Of a DNA stretch of 24,879 nt, positions 7,562 through 15,328 are shown piece by piece; within the stretch, counting starts at the first letter, position 1, and each line of letters starts with the position of its first letter. Source of the stretch: a virus (lineage: Duplodnaviria; Caudoviricetes); the IMG/VR virus record IMGVR_UViG_3300021086_000017, positions 1 to 24,879 of that record. The stretch is one strand, 5' to 3'. Both the position numbers and the translations under genes were made by a program. The notes beneath the pieces are model-generated. The model was given only the letters and a program-made list of their open reading frames with translations, was not told where the DNA came from and made no database searches.

Positions 7562-7812
7562 ATGCCTCCATGTCTATCTGTCCACTGTAGATCATCAAAG
7601 TCATAGTCTTCTAACCTACCATCATCATACTTAACAGTAATAGACCTACCTTCATGATCTACAAACAGAATCTTACCGTATGGTATATCAATCAGTGAAC
7701 AACGACTCTCCTCCTCTTGGTAGACAGGTTCGTTCCTCCGTGGTCTGCTCTGTCTCTGTCTCGTTTCCACTGCAACATCCTTCTGTTGCAGGCGACTGAA
7801 GTGTGTCGCCAT
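7549..7812 (-). CDS. Hypothetical protein (87 aa), beta-rich C-terminal half
   Basis: ORF track; GAGG upstream; overlaps the 3' part of the preceding ORF. Confidence 0.6.
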   Translation of the reverse strand: MATHFSRLQQKDVAVETRQRQSRPRRNEPVYQEEESRCSLIDIPYGKILFVDHEGRSITVKYDDGRLEDYDFDDLQWTDRHGGMWVT

Positions 7813-7978
7813 AGGCCCATAGCCTCGCCGCTAGGCAAGGATCATCGTTGATATGTTGTATCTTAATAGCCATTTCCATGAGTTCGCCGTATGTCATGGA
7901 TCGTATAGCATACTTAACTTGTTCGGGAAACGACAGGCCGTAGCCTGCCGCTAGTTTGTCAATGTGTTGGCTGCTCAT
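7688..7978 (-). CDS. Hypothetical protein (96 aa)
   Basis: ATGA-coupled to the upstream ORF. Confidence 0.6.
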   Translation of the reverse strand: MSSQHIDKLAAGYGLSFPEQVKYAIRSMTYGELMEMAIKIQHINDDPCLAARLWAYGDTLQSPATEGCCSGNETETEQTTEERTCLPRGGESLFTD

Positions 7979-8157
7979 ACTGGTAGCCTATCCCACATGA
8001 AACGAACCAATGCAGGCCATATTTCAGCCCATGGTTCTTTGTCATCTTGCATCTTTTGAATAAGCATCCTCGCTTCCATCAAACGAGAAGGCATAACTTC
8101 GTGAATAGCATTAATTAAATCTAGAACTGCGTTCTCTTCTGCTGTCTTCTGTCTCAT
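7975..8157 (-). CDS. Hypothetical protein (60 aa)
   Basis: GGAGG RBS, ATGA overlaps. Confidence 0.7.
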   Translation of the reverse strand: MRQKTAEENAVLDLINAIHEVMPSRLMEARMLIQKMQDDKEPWAEIWPALVRFMWDRLPV

Positions 8158-8393
8158 GTTTTACCTCCATGTAAGATCAACCCAACTATGAGAGAACAAC
8201 GAGCAGGATGCTGTTCCCAACGATACTCACTGTCCAGCCATACCTTAGCTGGACATCCACATTTAGAACAGAAAGGATCTTTATCATCCTCTCTATAGTG
8301 AACTACTTCTCTCAGTTCACGTTCACGTATAGCATTCCCAACGAATTCTCCCTTAACAGGATTGTCTTTTGGACTTAGGAAGTTAATGAACAT
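8154..8393 (-). CDS. First leftward early gene; putative Zn-binding protein (CSKC...H..RC)
   Basis: AGGAG RBS downstream of the 8447-8475 promoter. Confidence 0.7.
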   Translation of the reverse strand: MFINFLSPKDNPVKGEFVGNAIRERELREVVHYREDDKDPFCSKCGCPAKVWLDSEYRWEQHPARCSLIVGLILHGGKT

Positions 8394-8409
8394 TCTATTC
8401 TCCTAGATG

Positions 8410-8424
8410 TCTCACTTCGTTCGA
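8410..8424 (-). repeat. TCGAACG-A-AGTGAGA dispersed hairpin motif, copy 1
   Basis: 14/15 identical to 10972-10986 and 16065-16079. Confidence 0.85.
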
Positions 8425-8446
8425 CCACTTCTTCAGCTTACCCTAC

Positions 8447-8475
8447 ATAGTACTCCCTTTTTATTCTTAAGTCAA
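8447..8475 (-). promoter_or_regulatory. Sigma70-type promoter TTGACT-N17-TACTAT (leftward early)
   Basis: -35 at 8475-8470, -10 at 8452-8447; shares CTTGACTTAAG with the 6731 promoter. Confidence 0.8.
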
Positions 8476-8501
8476 GTCAGCCATGGACTTAAACTCAACA
8501 A

Positions 8502-8514
8502 TATCAATGGCTTG
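8502..8514 (+). promoter_or_regulatory. IHF consensus site (TATCAATGGCTTG)
   Basis: Perfect WATCAANNNNTTR match upstream of the leftward promoter. Confidence 0.55.
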
Positions 8515-8778
8515 TCTTAAAACATACATTATAGACAAATGTTGTGGTCTTATTCTCGCGCCCTACAAACTTAGTCAAACCTATCACGATGGTGCGATTA
8601 CACCATCGTTATGTACATACATATACTATGCAATAGGAATAGGATACCAGCAGGATAACGGATCCTACAGGTACATAAACTGTTGCTTAATTATTAGGCA
8701 GTCTGTGGTATTATGTTGCTCCCAGCCGCTCGGAGCAACATGCTACCTCCAAATCTATGAAATAAGCGCGTACCTGCC

Positions 8779-8807
8779 TTGACTTAGCCACAATAGGAGA
8801 GTAGACT
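8779..8807 (+). promoter_or_regulatory. Sigma70-type promoter TTGACT-N17-TAGACT (rightward)
   Basis: -35 at 8779-8784, -10 at 8802-8807; same CTTGACTTA core. Confidence 0.75.
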
Positions 8808-8913
8808 TAGAGACAATAAGAAAAAGACTATGATAAATCATAGTGTTGTTTCACATCGTGAACCGAACCTACAGAGCGTCGCTACACCATGCCCGCAAGG
8901 GAAGGGTCTAGCG

Positions 8914-9090
8914 ATGACTGATGCAATGCGACGCTTGAATGATCTATCCGAGCAATACTTGGATGGAATGTGTTCCGCACATGAATATGTGTCGGGAGTT
9001 GTTCTTATCCTGATAGAGCCCGGGTTTGAAACCAACAATGCTCTGTTGTTGGCAAATACGCTGTTGTCAATGGCAGAGGTGAAGCGATGA
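8914..9090 (+). CDS. Hypothetical protein (58 aa from ATG 8914; track start 8830)
   Basis: GGAAGG upstream of 8914; ATGA overlap with the next ORF. Confidence 0.6.
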   Translation: MTDAMRRLNDLSEQYLDGMCSAHEYVSGVVLILIEPGFETNNALLLANTLLSMAEVKR

Positions 9091-9302
9091 CAACGACTGT
9101 TTACCACCGACAACATGGCTTAGAGCCTTGGTGTGAATTTGATATCGGGGAAGATAAAGACATATATGACGCAAGATATGCGTTTGGTATAGATGAACCA
9201 AACTACCCCGTTCCTGCTATTCGGTATGAGGTAGAGTTTTATGGCTCTGCTCAAATATGGGTATGGAAGTCTAATGGAAGCTTAGCAAAAGTGTACGAAT
9301 AA
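9087..9302 (+). CDS. Hypothetical protein (71 aa)
   Basis: GAGGTG RBS, ATGA coupling. Confidence 0.7.
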   Translation: MTTTVYHRQHGLEPWCEFDIGEDKDIYDARYAFGIDEPNYPVPAIRYEVEFYGSAQIWVWKSNGSLAKVYE

Positions 9303-9363
9303 CAACATACTGCGGGCATGATGCGGCGACGTGATGATAGGTTCTCAACAAGGAGCAGTACAC

Positions 9364-10650
9364 ATGGCTAATGATATCTCTATACGTTCCTCCGACAGCA
9401 CCATTGAAGGTTACGAGTATAGTGCAATTGTCAGCGGTGAAGCAGAGGTCGGACGTTACTTTCGTCTAGCGTTCAATGCCGAGAACCCGGAACCGTGGAA
9501 ACATGCTGATGATGTTATCATTGATATCATCAGGCGTAACCCACAACAGCCGGGCGTTGATGACGAGGATTATAATGAAGCTATCTTAGAACAGATGGCG
9601 GAGTTTGAGCCTCAAACACTAGCTGGTACTGCAATGGATGTAGTAGCAGAGCAAGCCAAGTCTTTCGATAAGCTTGTGGAAGAGGCCGCTGCAATCCTTA
9701 ATCGAGACGAGGCCCTAAAAGAAATCTTCATTGCTTTAGACGAAGCAAGTAAGATGGATTATATGGGTCCTGTTCATGTCCACACTAGAATAGCTCAACT
9801 TGTGGACAGTAACCCGGAATTGTGGAACTTGTTACCTGAACCGGGGACTACTAAGGAGTATGTCGAGGGAACAAATGAACCTTATGATAAGTACCCTAAG
9901 ACAATCGTAAGCAGTTCAGGGTCTAGACGAATTAAGGTGTTCTCTCGTATCGAAGAACTAGCTAAGTTACTGTCTGTCGCTGTTGCGGCTAAACAAAAGA
10001 GCGAAGCATTGAAAGTAAAGATAGCTGACAAACAAGCTATTGCTTTCAATCAGGCTGATAAGTCCAACTACGATAAGACAGTTAACGTAGTTAAACGACA
10101 CTTCAAACTTGCAGTTAACCTGTTGCATAAGTTTAAACAGGTTGATGTGCTGACTAATCTGTCTGTCAAATACTTTCTAACTACCGAAGGACAGACAAAA
10201 GGTTTAGTCCGCACAACGCCGCGTCCTATCTCAATATATGACAAACATAACGCTGTAGAGAAGCAGGGCGCGTTCACTTGTTCGCAATTTGCTCTTATGA
10301 ACCCACGTAAGGCGTTGCGTGATGTGATAGGTAATCCTCTCCTCAACCAATTTGATGCTTTGGTAAATAGTGTTGAGGGTAGAGAAACAGGCGAAGCAAC
10401 AACGTACACCTTGCCGAAGAACATGGAACAAGGCGAGGATATGTTGAATACGTTCGTCACCTACCTTATGGATGGCGACGTATTCAAGTTATGGTTGGAC
10501 TACATGACAAAGGCAGGTGGAAAGGAAGCACGATCCGCTTGCAAGCGTCTAGGTGATCGTCTCAATGTGCTAGCCTCTGTTAAACCAGCAGAAGAGAGCA
10601 CAAGAGATAAGCTAATAGAGGCAGCAAAGCAACGCGCTGCTACTAAATAG
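9364..10650 (+). CDS. Large unknown protein (~428 aa; acidic N-terminus), possibly an early host-takeover factor
   Basis: Long ORF; AAGGAG RBS before ATG 9364 (track start 9331); followed by a terminator; no motif recognised. Confidence 0.85.
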   Translation: MANDISIRSSDSTIEGYEYSAIVSGEAEVGRYFRLAFNAENPEPWKHADDVIIDIIRRNPQQPGVDDEDYNEAILEQMAEFEPQTLAGTAMDVVAEQAKSFDKLVEEAAAILNRDEALKEIFIALDEASKMDYMGPVHVHTRIAQLVDSNPELWNLLPEPGTTKEYVEGTNEPYDKYPKTIVSSSGSRRIKVFSRIEELAKLLSVAVAAKQKSEALKVKIADKQAIAFNQADKSNYDKTVNVVKRHFKLAVNLLHKFKQVDVLTNLSVKYFLTTEGQTKGLVRTTPRPISIYDKHNAVEKQGAFTCSQFALMNPRKALRDVIGNPLLNQFDALVNSVEGRETGEATTYTLPKNMEQGEDMLNTFVTYLMDGDVFKLWLDYMTKAGGKEARSACKRLGDRLNVLASVKPAEESTRDKLIEAAKQRAATK

Positions 10651-10688
10651 AGGTAGCTAGATCGCCCATTAACTAGCATCTAACTAAA

Positions 10689-10724
10689 ACCCCGCATGGT
10701 CTTGCGACTGTGCGGGGTATTTTT
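10689..10724 (+). terminator. Intrinsic terminator
   Basis: ACCCCGCATGGTC-TTGC-GACTGTGCGGGGT stem followed by ATTTTT. Confidence 0.9.
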
Positions 10725-10794
10725 ATGTCTAACGTTATATTAGACTGTATATTACGTCATACCTATTAGCCTGATAAGCCTGTTATACTATAGT

Positions 10795-10831
10795 TATGCG
10801 CTATATACGTATGTATAATATGCGCTATATA
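10795..10831. repeat. 13-bp direct repeat TATGCGCTATATA x2 (24-bp period)
   Basis: 10795-10807 and 10819-10831. Confidence 0.85.
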
Positions 10832-10971
10832 TAGTCTGTCAGGCTGTGTGTGCTCTATAAACTAAGACGTCCATTTCACCATAGCATCAGCTCTTGACCC
10901 CCTCCAAGGGGGTTGGGGGGTAGGCTAGGCCCGATGAATTACACCGTAAAAATATCTCACCAAAATTTTAT

Positions 10972-10986
10972 TCGAACGTAGTGAGA
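10972..10986 (+). repeat. TCGAACG-T-AGTGAGA dispersed hairpin motif, copy 2
   Basis: See copy 1; flanks extend the stem (ATTC/GAAT). Confidence 0.85.
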
Positions 10987-10994
10987 ATGATCTT

Positions 10995-11153
10995 TTATAG
11001 TAATCCTCTAATCTTTAAATCATAAGAATCGTAAACAGTATCGAATGATTCCCAGAAAGTTAATTTCTTCTCTGGTGCTTCAGCAATCACTTGCCAGTAC
11101 ACTGTCTTTGGTTTCATTTTTAAGTATCTTAAATCACCTAATTTGTATCTCAT
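10995..11153 (-). CDS. Hypothetical 52-aa protein (MRYKLGDLRYLKMKPKTVYWQ...), not in the ORF track
   Basis: Hand-translated; AAGGA RBS. Confidence 0.6.
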   Translation of the reverse strand: MRYKLGDLRYLKMKPKTVYWQVIAEAPEKKLTFWESFDTVYDSYDLKIRGLL

Positions 11154-11297
11154 TGTCTATCCTTTGTATAAGCTCATAGGAAGCTCCGTAGTAAGAGTTA
11201 GGATGTATTCTGGTATGTGGGTAGCTTAGTGTATAAAATAATGCATCAGTGAGCTTCCTACGCAGTCCTAGAGGCATTCTAGAGTGGTATCCTCGAC

Positions 11298-11483
11298 TCA
11301 TTTAGTAATCCATGAGTTATCTAGTTTAATAGTTATTGTCTTCTGTTCAAAGAGTCCATATGGATATGAATATTCTCCTGTCTTTTTAAAGTGTTCATAA
11401 TCTTCAGAAGAAGCAAATGTATAATTCTCTCCTGGTCTAAACTTATACCCAAAAGGATAGTCTCTCCAATTAACATCTTTCAC
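11298..11483 (-). CDS. Hypothetical protein (61 aa)
   Basis: GTGA overlap with the upstream ORF. Confidence 0.6.
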   Translation of the reverse strand: MKDVNWRDYPFGYKFRPGENYTFASSEDYEHFKKTGEYSYPYGLFEQKTITIKLDNSWITK

Positions 11484-11704
11484 TTAGGTACCGAACTCTT
11501 GTGAGATGGCAGTCCTTTATGTAGATTAGATCTAATCTGAAACATGTTATGTGAATAAACTCTAGCATCAGTAAACGGTTCAATCCATAGTTTAATCTCT
11601 TTACCTTTGTCTTTCCAGAATTGTGATATTACTTCCATTAATCGTTCTGCTCCTGCCATTGTTAGAGAATCTCCAGAAACATAACTTCTATTCTTTGCGT
11701 CCAT
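11480..11704 (-). CDS. Small hypothetical protein (GAERL..I..FW..KG..IRSNL..GLP)
   Basis: AAAGGAA RBS before ATG 11704 (track start 11731); downstream of the 11784-11812 promoter. Confidence 0.7.
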   Translation of the reverse strand: MDAKNRSYVSGDSLTMAGAERLMEVISQFWKDKGKEIKLWIEPFTDARVYSHNMFQIRSNLHKGLPSHKSSVPK

Positions 11705-11783
11705 AACATTTCCTTTCTTCGTCCATAACATTTTCTTGACATATATATTATAATAATATACGTAATGTAGACAACCAGCAGAT

Positions 11784-11812
11784 ATACTACTACATAGTTA
11801 ATAACTTGTCAA
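11784..11812 (-). promoter_or_regulatory. Sigma70-type promoter TTGACA-N17-TAGTAT
   Basis: -35 at 11812-11807, -10 at 11789-11784. Confidence 0.75.
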
Positions 11813-11856
11813 TATAAATCTATTAATTTATCTGTCTTCTTCTAAGGAATTATTCT

Positions 11857-12237
11857 ATGAGTGGTTATTCTACATTCTCAGCTACTACTGATCAATTAAC
11901 TTCTTCTTCAGGTAATGTAGCTAATGCTACAGCTACTGCAACATTAGCTGGCGCAGCCGGTAAGACTACTTACATACAAGGATTTGTTGTCTCTGGTTCA
12001 GGTGCTACGATAGGATTACCAGTAACCGTTACTGTTACAGGAACTGTAGGCGGAACAATGCATTTCACGTATTGTGCTTCTTCTGGCGTCTTATTAGGAA
12101 ATACTCCAATGGTAATTGATTTATCAGGATCTCCTATATCAGCATCAGCACAGAATACTTCTATTGTTGTCTCCTGTCCTGCTTTAGGATTAGGTTGTAC
12201 TAATAATACAGTCATTGCCTATGGATTTCAAATATGA
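11857..12237 (+). CDS. Thr/Ala/Gly-rich beta protein, probable virion decoration
   Basis: AAGGA RBS; composition typical of virion surface proteins. Confidence 0.75.
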   Translation: MSGYSTFSATTDQLTSSSGNVANATATATLAGAAGKTTYIQGFVVSGSGATIGLPVTVTVTGTVGGTMHFTYCASSGVLLGNTPMVIDLSGSPISASAQNTSIVVSCPALGLGCTNNTVIAYGFQI

Positions 12238-12572
12238 GTTCTAAACAAATCCATGAAGGTTACTTAATGGTAGATCACCGCGCTTCTCCTGGTCTAACCG
12301 CGCAAGAAGCCTTATCTCTAGGCTATCATCCCGCGCAGGTATCCGAAGGATCTCTCTTTGAAGCTAAGACCAATCATTGTTCTCATTGCGGTACCGTAGT
12401 AATCATGAATCCTATGAGAACCAGAGATAGATCTTTATGTCTCTCCTGTAATAAATATATCTGTGATAACTGCGGCATACAGTCGAAAATGCCAGACTAT
12501 GTACATAAAACTTATATTCAACAACAAGAAGAAGGTTTGACCTACTTCGCAAACCTAGGAAACAACATTTAA
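12234..12572 (+). CDS. Zn-finger protein (CSHC...CLSC...CDNC)
   Basis: Three CxxC pairs; ATGA coupling. Confidence 0.8.
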   Translation: MSSKQIHEGYLMVDHRASPGLTAQEALSLGYHPAQVSEGSLFEAKTNHCSHCGTVVIMNPMRTRDRSLCLSCNKYICDNCGIQSKMPDYVHKTYIQQQEEGLTYFANLGNNI

Positions 12573-13103
12573 ATGGCTAAACGAATCTTTTCTACAGCTG
12601 GCGTATCTTTCGCTGCAGTAGCTACTGGCACCATCTCTGCTGGCGCTAATCATATGTCTATGATTGGGTCTTCTACTACTCAGGTTACTGACATTATAGA
12701 AGTCTTAATCTCAGGGACTGCTGCTGCATCTACTATTGGAGCATTTAGGTATGCTCCCATTGGTACTGCTGCTGTAACTCCCACTGCTCTAGCATCCCCT
12801 AATGGTGATGGTCCTATGCAGTCTAATTCTACTCCAGTTACCAACACTACCTTCATCACCGCAGCCACCCAACCTACCAACAGTAATGCGATTACAGCAC
12901 CTAGAATCAATCTAGGTCTTAATACATTTGGTGGTATCATAAGATGGAATGCAGCTCCCACACAGCAATATACTTTAATTGGTAATGCTGTCTTTGCTGC
13001 AGGTCTTCCTGTGACCTTAGGTCAAGCTATGTTGTATAACGATAGCAACGGTACTGGCGCTACAACCACTGCTAACGCACATATCGTCTACGAACCGTTC
13101 TAA
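12573..13103 (+). CDS. Thr/Ala-rich protein, probable virion structural component
   Basis: Composition; abuts the upstream stop. Confidence 0.75.
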   Translation: MAKRIFSTAGVSFAAVATGTISAGANHMSMIGSSTTQVTDIIEVLISGTAAASTIGAFRYAPIGTAAVTPTALASPNGDGPMQSNSTPVTNTTFITAATQPTNSNAITAPRINLGLNTFGGIIRWNAAPTQQYTLIGNAVFAAGLPVTLGQAMLYNDSNGTGATTTANAHIVYEPF

Positions 13104-13120
13104 TATACGTTTGGTTTTAA

Positions 13121-13900
13121 GTGGCTATAACCCATATTGAAACCATTCTAGGTGCGGATGGAAGTGCCACTGCTGTAACCAGTACATCGGCGTCTTTCAC
13201 TGCAGCACGTAGTGGATTTGTCTGTGGTCTATTTGTAGACTTAGGAAGCACTAACGCTTTAACAAGTGTAACAGATGATCAGAGTAACACCTATTCACTT
13301 GTCACAGCAATAACTGATAGCACTAACAATGGAGTTATTCAGTTATTTTACAAAGAAAATGTAACTAGTGTTACTACAGTTACAGCACATTTCACATCTT
13401 CTGCTCAAGTTCGTGTTGCTATCAGTAATTACACTGGTATAGCTACTGCCTCAGCAATTGATGGACATACTGGACAAGTCCAAACAACTCCAGGAACTGG
13501 AGCTAATATAGTAACCACAGGAACATTTACACCTACTACTAACGGTGATTTGATCTACGGCGGATGTTCTGAAGCATTTGGTGGTGCTATTGTCTATACA
13601 GCAGGTACTTCTCCTAATGCTTTTACACAGAGAGCATCAAATACTGGGGCTGAGAATGATGCCTTATTTACTGAAGATTTCATTCAATCAACGGCTGCAT
13701 CTATTGCAGCTACAATGGGACAAACAGCTAACTTCACTACAATGTCTGCTGTCGCTGCGTTTAAAGCAGCAGTCTCAGGGGCTCCTGTTGTTTCTAAAAT
13801 AATAGACTTACCATTTCCTGCTTTCAGACCAGACCGTTCTTATATCTACACTAAACCTATTATTAACAATCAAGTACTCTTCTCTCAGATATTGACGTAA
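13121..13900 (+). CDS. Thr/Ser/Ala-rich beta-sandwich-like protein (fibre/decoration-like)
   Basis: SVTDDQSNTYSL and related beta-strand patterns common in phage adhesion domains. Confidence 0.7.
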   Translation: MAITHIETILGADGSATAVTSTSASFTAARSGFVCGLFVDLGSTNALTSVTDDQSNTYSLVTAITDSTNNGVIQLFYKENVTSVTTVTAHFTSSAQVRVAISNYTGIATASAIDGHTGQVQTTPGTGANIVTTGTFTPTTNGDLIYGGCSEAFGGAIVYTAGTSPNAFTQRASNTGAENDALFTEDFIQSTAASIAATMGQTANFTTMSAVAAFKAAVSGAPVVSKIIDLPFPAFRPDRSYIYTKPIINNQVLFSQILT

Positions 13901-13901
13901 T

Positions 13902-15077
13902 ATGAGTGGTAATTTTACAGCTACCCCTCCAGGTATCTTTCCAGATATTAGACCTGTTACTTGGTATAGGGATTGGTCTCAAAATCTATTAGAAACGACT
14001 CTAAGTAGTACAACACAGTATGTTCTAAGAGATCCTCTATACACTCAACATCAACCTCTTCGTTCAGGTTTAACTTGGACTCAGAGATTTGAATTAACTA
14101 ATGTTAATTCACAGTATGATTGGCCTAATCCACCTAGAATAACTTGGTATCTGAGTATAGAAGATCGTGGTAATGTCCTATTACCTAGACCTACTCCATT
14201 TACACCAGTAGACCAACCTAATCCTAGACCTGTAACATGGTACCAAAGTTGGACTATATCTGGTAATGCTCTAACAACTGTTGTTCAAAATCCATTCGTA
14301 CAAACAGATTGGCCCAACCCACTTAGGGTTAATTGGTATCAAACATGGTTAGACGCAGGTAATGTACAATTACCTTTCCCTACACCCTTCTTACAGATTG
14401 TAGACTCACCTTTACCTGTAATCCCACAACCTATAAATCAGACGTGGATACAAAGTTTAGTCAATTTCTTTCAAGAAGAAACATTTCCTTTTGTACAGGA
14501 AGATTGGCCTAATCCTCAGAGAACAATCTGGTATAAAGATTGGTATCAAAACCTTCTAGAAACTACACTAGCACCAGTCTTTCAAGCACCATTCAATCAA
14601 CTTGACTGGCCTTTACCTGAAACATATCAACCTATACAACAATTCTGGTCAGAGTTTGGAAACGTACAATTACCATTTCCTACTCCATTCTTTCAAAATG
14701 TAGATAGTCCTTTACCGATTATTTTACAGCCAATAGATCAAACTTGGTTACAAAGTTTATTAAATTCAACCTTATTTGTTCAAAATCCCTTTAGACAATC
14801 AGACTGGCCGTTACCTAGAACCTTTATTCCTATAGATCAATTCTGGAGAGATAATCCAGAACTTCTATTACAGTTTATTCAAGGTACACCATTCTTTCAA
14901 TCAGACTGGCCGTTACCTAAAGGTTATCCACCTATTGACCAATTCTTTATGGTCAATACCAGCCTTCTTCCAACTCCTACTCCACCACCTATACAAATAC
15001 TAAGTAGTGGTAGACAATTGACAGAGAAGGATGTCTTAAGATCATGGATGAAAGCCGTTCGTAGGATGGGTAAATGA
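13902..15077 (+). CDS. Trp/Pro/Gln-rich tandem-repeat protein (PFxQxD[WSQ]PxP...W, 9 clear units of ~31-36 aa)
   Basis: Nine D[WQS]P[NL]P motifs regularly spaced, plus 1-2 degenerate N-terminal units. Confidence 0.85.
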   Translation: MSGNFTATPPGIFPDIRPVTWYRDWSQNLLETTLSSTTQYVLRDPLYTQHQPLRSGLTWTQRFELTNVNSQYDWPNPPRITWYLSIEDRGNVLLPRPTPFTPVDQPNPRPVTWYQSWTISGNALTTVVQNPFVQTDWPNPLRVNWYQTWLDAGNVQLPFPTPFLQIVDSPLPVIPQPINQTWIQSLVNFFQEETFPFVQEDWPNPQRTIWYKDWYQNLLETTLAPVFQAPFNQLDWPLPETYQPIQQFWSEFGNVQLPFPTPFFQNVDSPLPIILQPIDQTWLQSLLNSTLFVQNPFRQSDWPLPRTFIPIDQFWRDNPELLLQFIQGTPFFQSDWPLPKGYPPIDQFFMVNTSLLPTPTPPPIQILSSGRQLTEKDVLRSWMKAVRRMGK

Positions 15078-15328
15078 AATATAAGATATCTAATAACGAT
15101 ACCACTGTGCTTAGTCGTCATGTCGCCAAGCATGGATACATGCTTAGTCGTGAAGCAGGTATATACGTAGACGTGCTTAGTCGTCAATTGAAAGCATTTG
15201 CTTCAAAAGGTGGCAAAGCAAGAGCACTAAAATTAACACCAGAACAACGTTCTGAAACAGCCTCCAAGGCAGCGAATGCTCGTTGGAGCAAAGGAGAAGA
15301 ATTAAACAATGGATTACGCAGTACATAA
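15074..15328 (+). CDS. Small basic protein with C-terminal KGGKARA.KLTPEQRSE.A.KAA.ARW motif (nucleic-acid-binding-like)
   Basis: Recognisable basic helical motif; ATGA coupling. Confidence 0.75.
   Translation: MKYKISNNDTTVLSRHVAKHGYMLSREAGIYVDVLSRQLKAFASKGGKARALKLTPEQRSETASKAANARWSKGEELNNGLRST
15108..15199 (+). repeat. Three TGCTTAGTCGT direct repeats at an exact 33-nt period, each closed by a downstream AAGCA
   Basis: Copies start at 15108, 15141 and 15174. Confidence 0.9.

Larger units (their letters stand above)
8865..9344. repeat. Long-range imperfect inverted repeat (8865-8897 / 9311-9344) enclosing two ORFs
   Basis: 8877-8897 vs 9311-9331: 18/21 Watson-Crick pairs; plus GAACCTA/TAGGTTC. 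Confidence 0.8.

Noticed and set aside
8483-8782. 99-aa ORF in the divergent control region
   Set aside because: No RBS, atypical composition, overlaps promoters, IHF site and palindromes.
13902-15077. Diversity-generating retroelement (template/variable repeat pair)
   Set aside because: Differences between repeat units are not obviously adenine-specific, and no reverse transcriptase is in the window.
15108-15184. Mini-CRISPR interpretation of the 33-nt periodic repeats
   Set aside because: Repeats are only 11 bp with 22-nt spacers, in frame within an ORF, with no leader or cas gene; kept as a hairpin/binding-site repeat.
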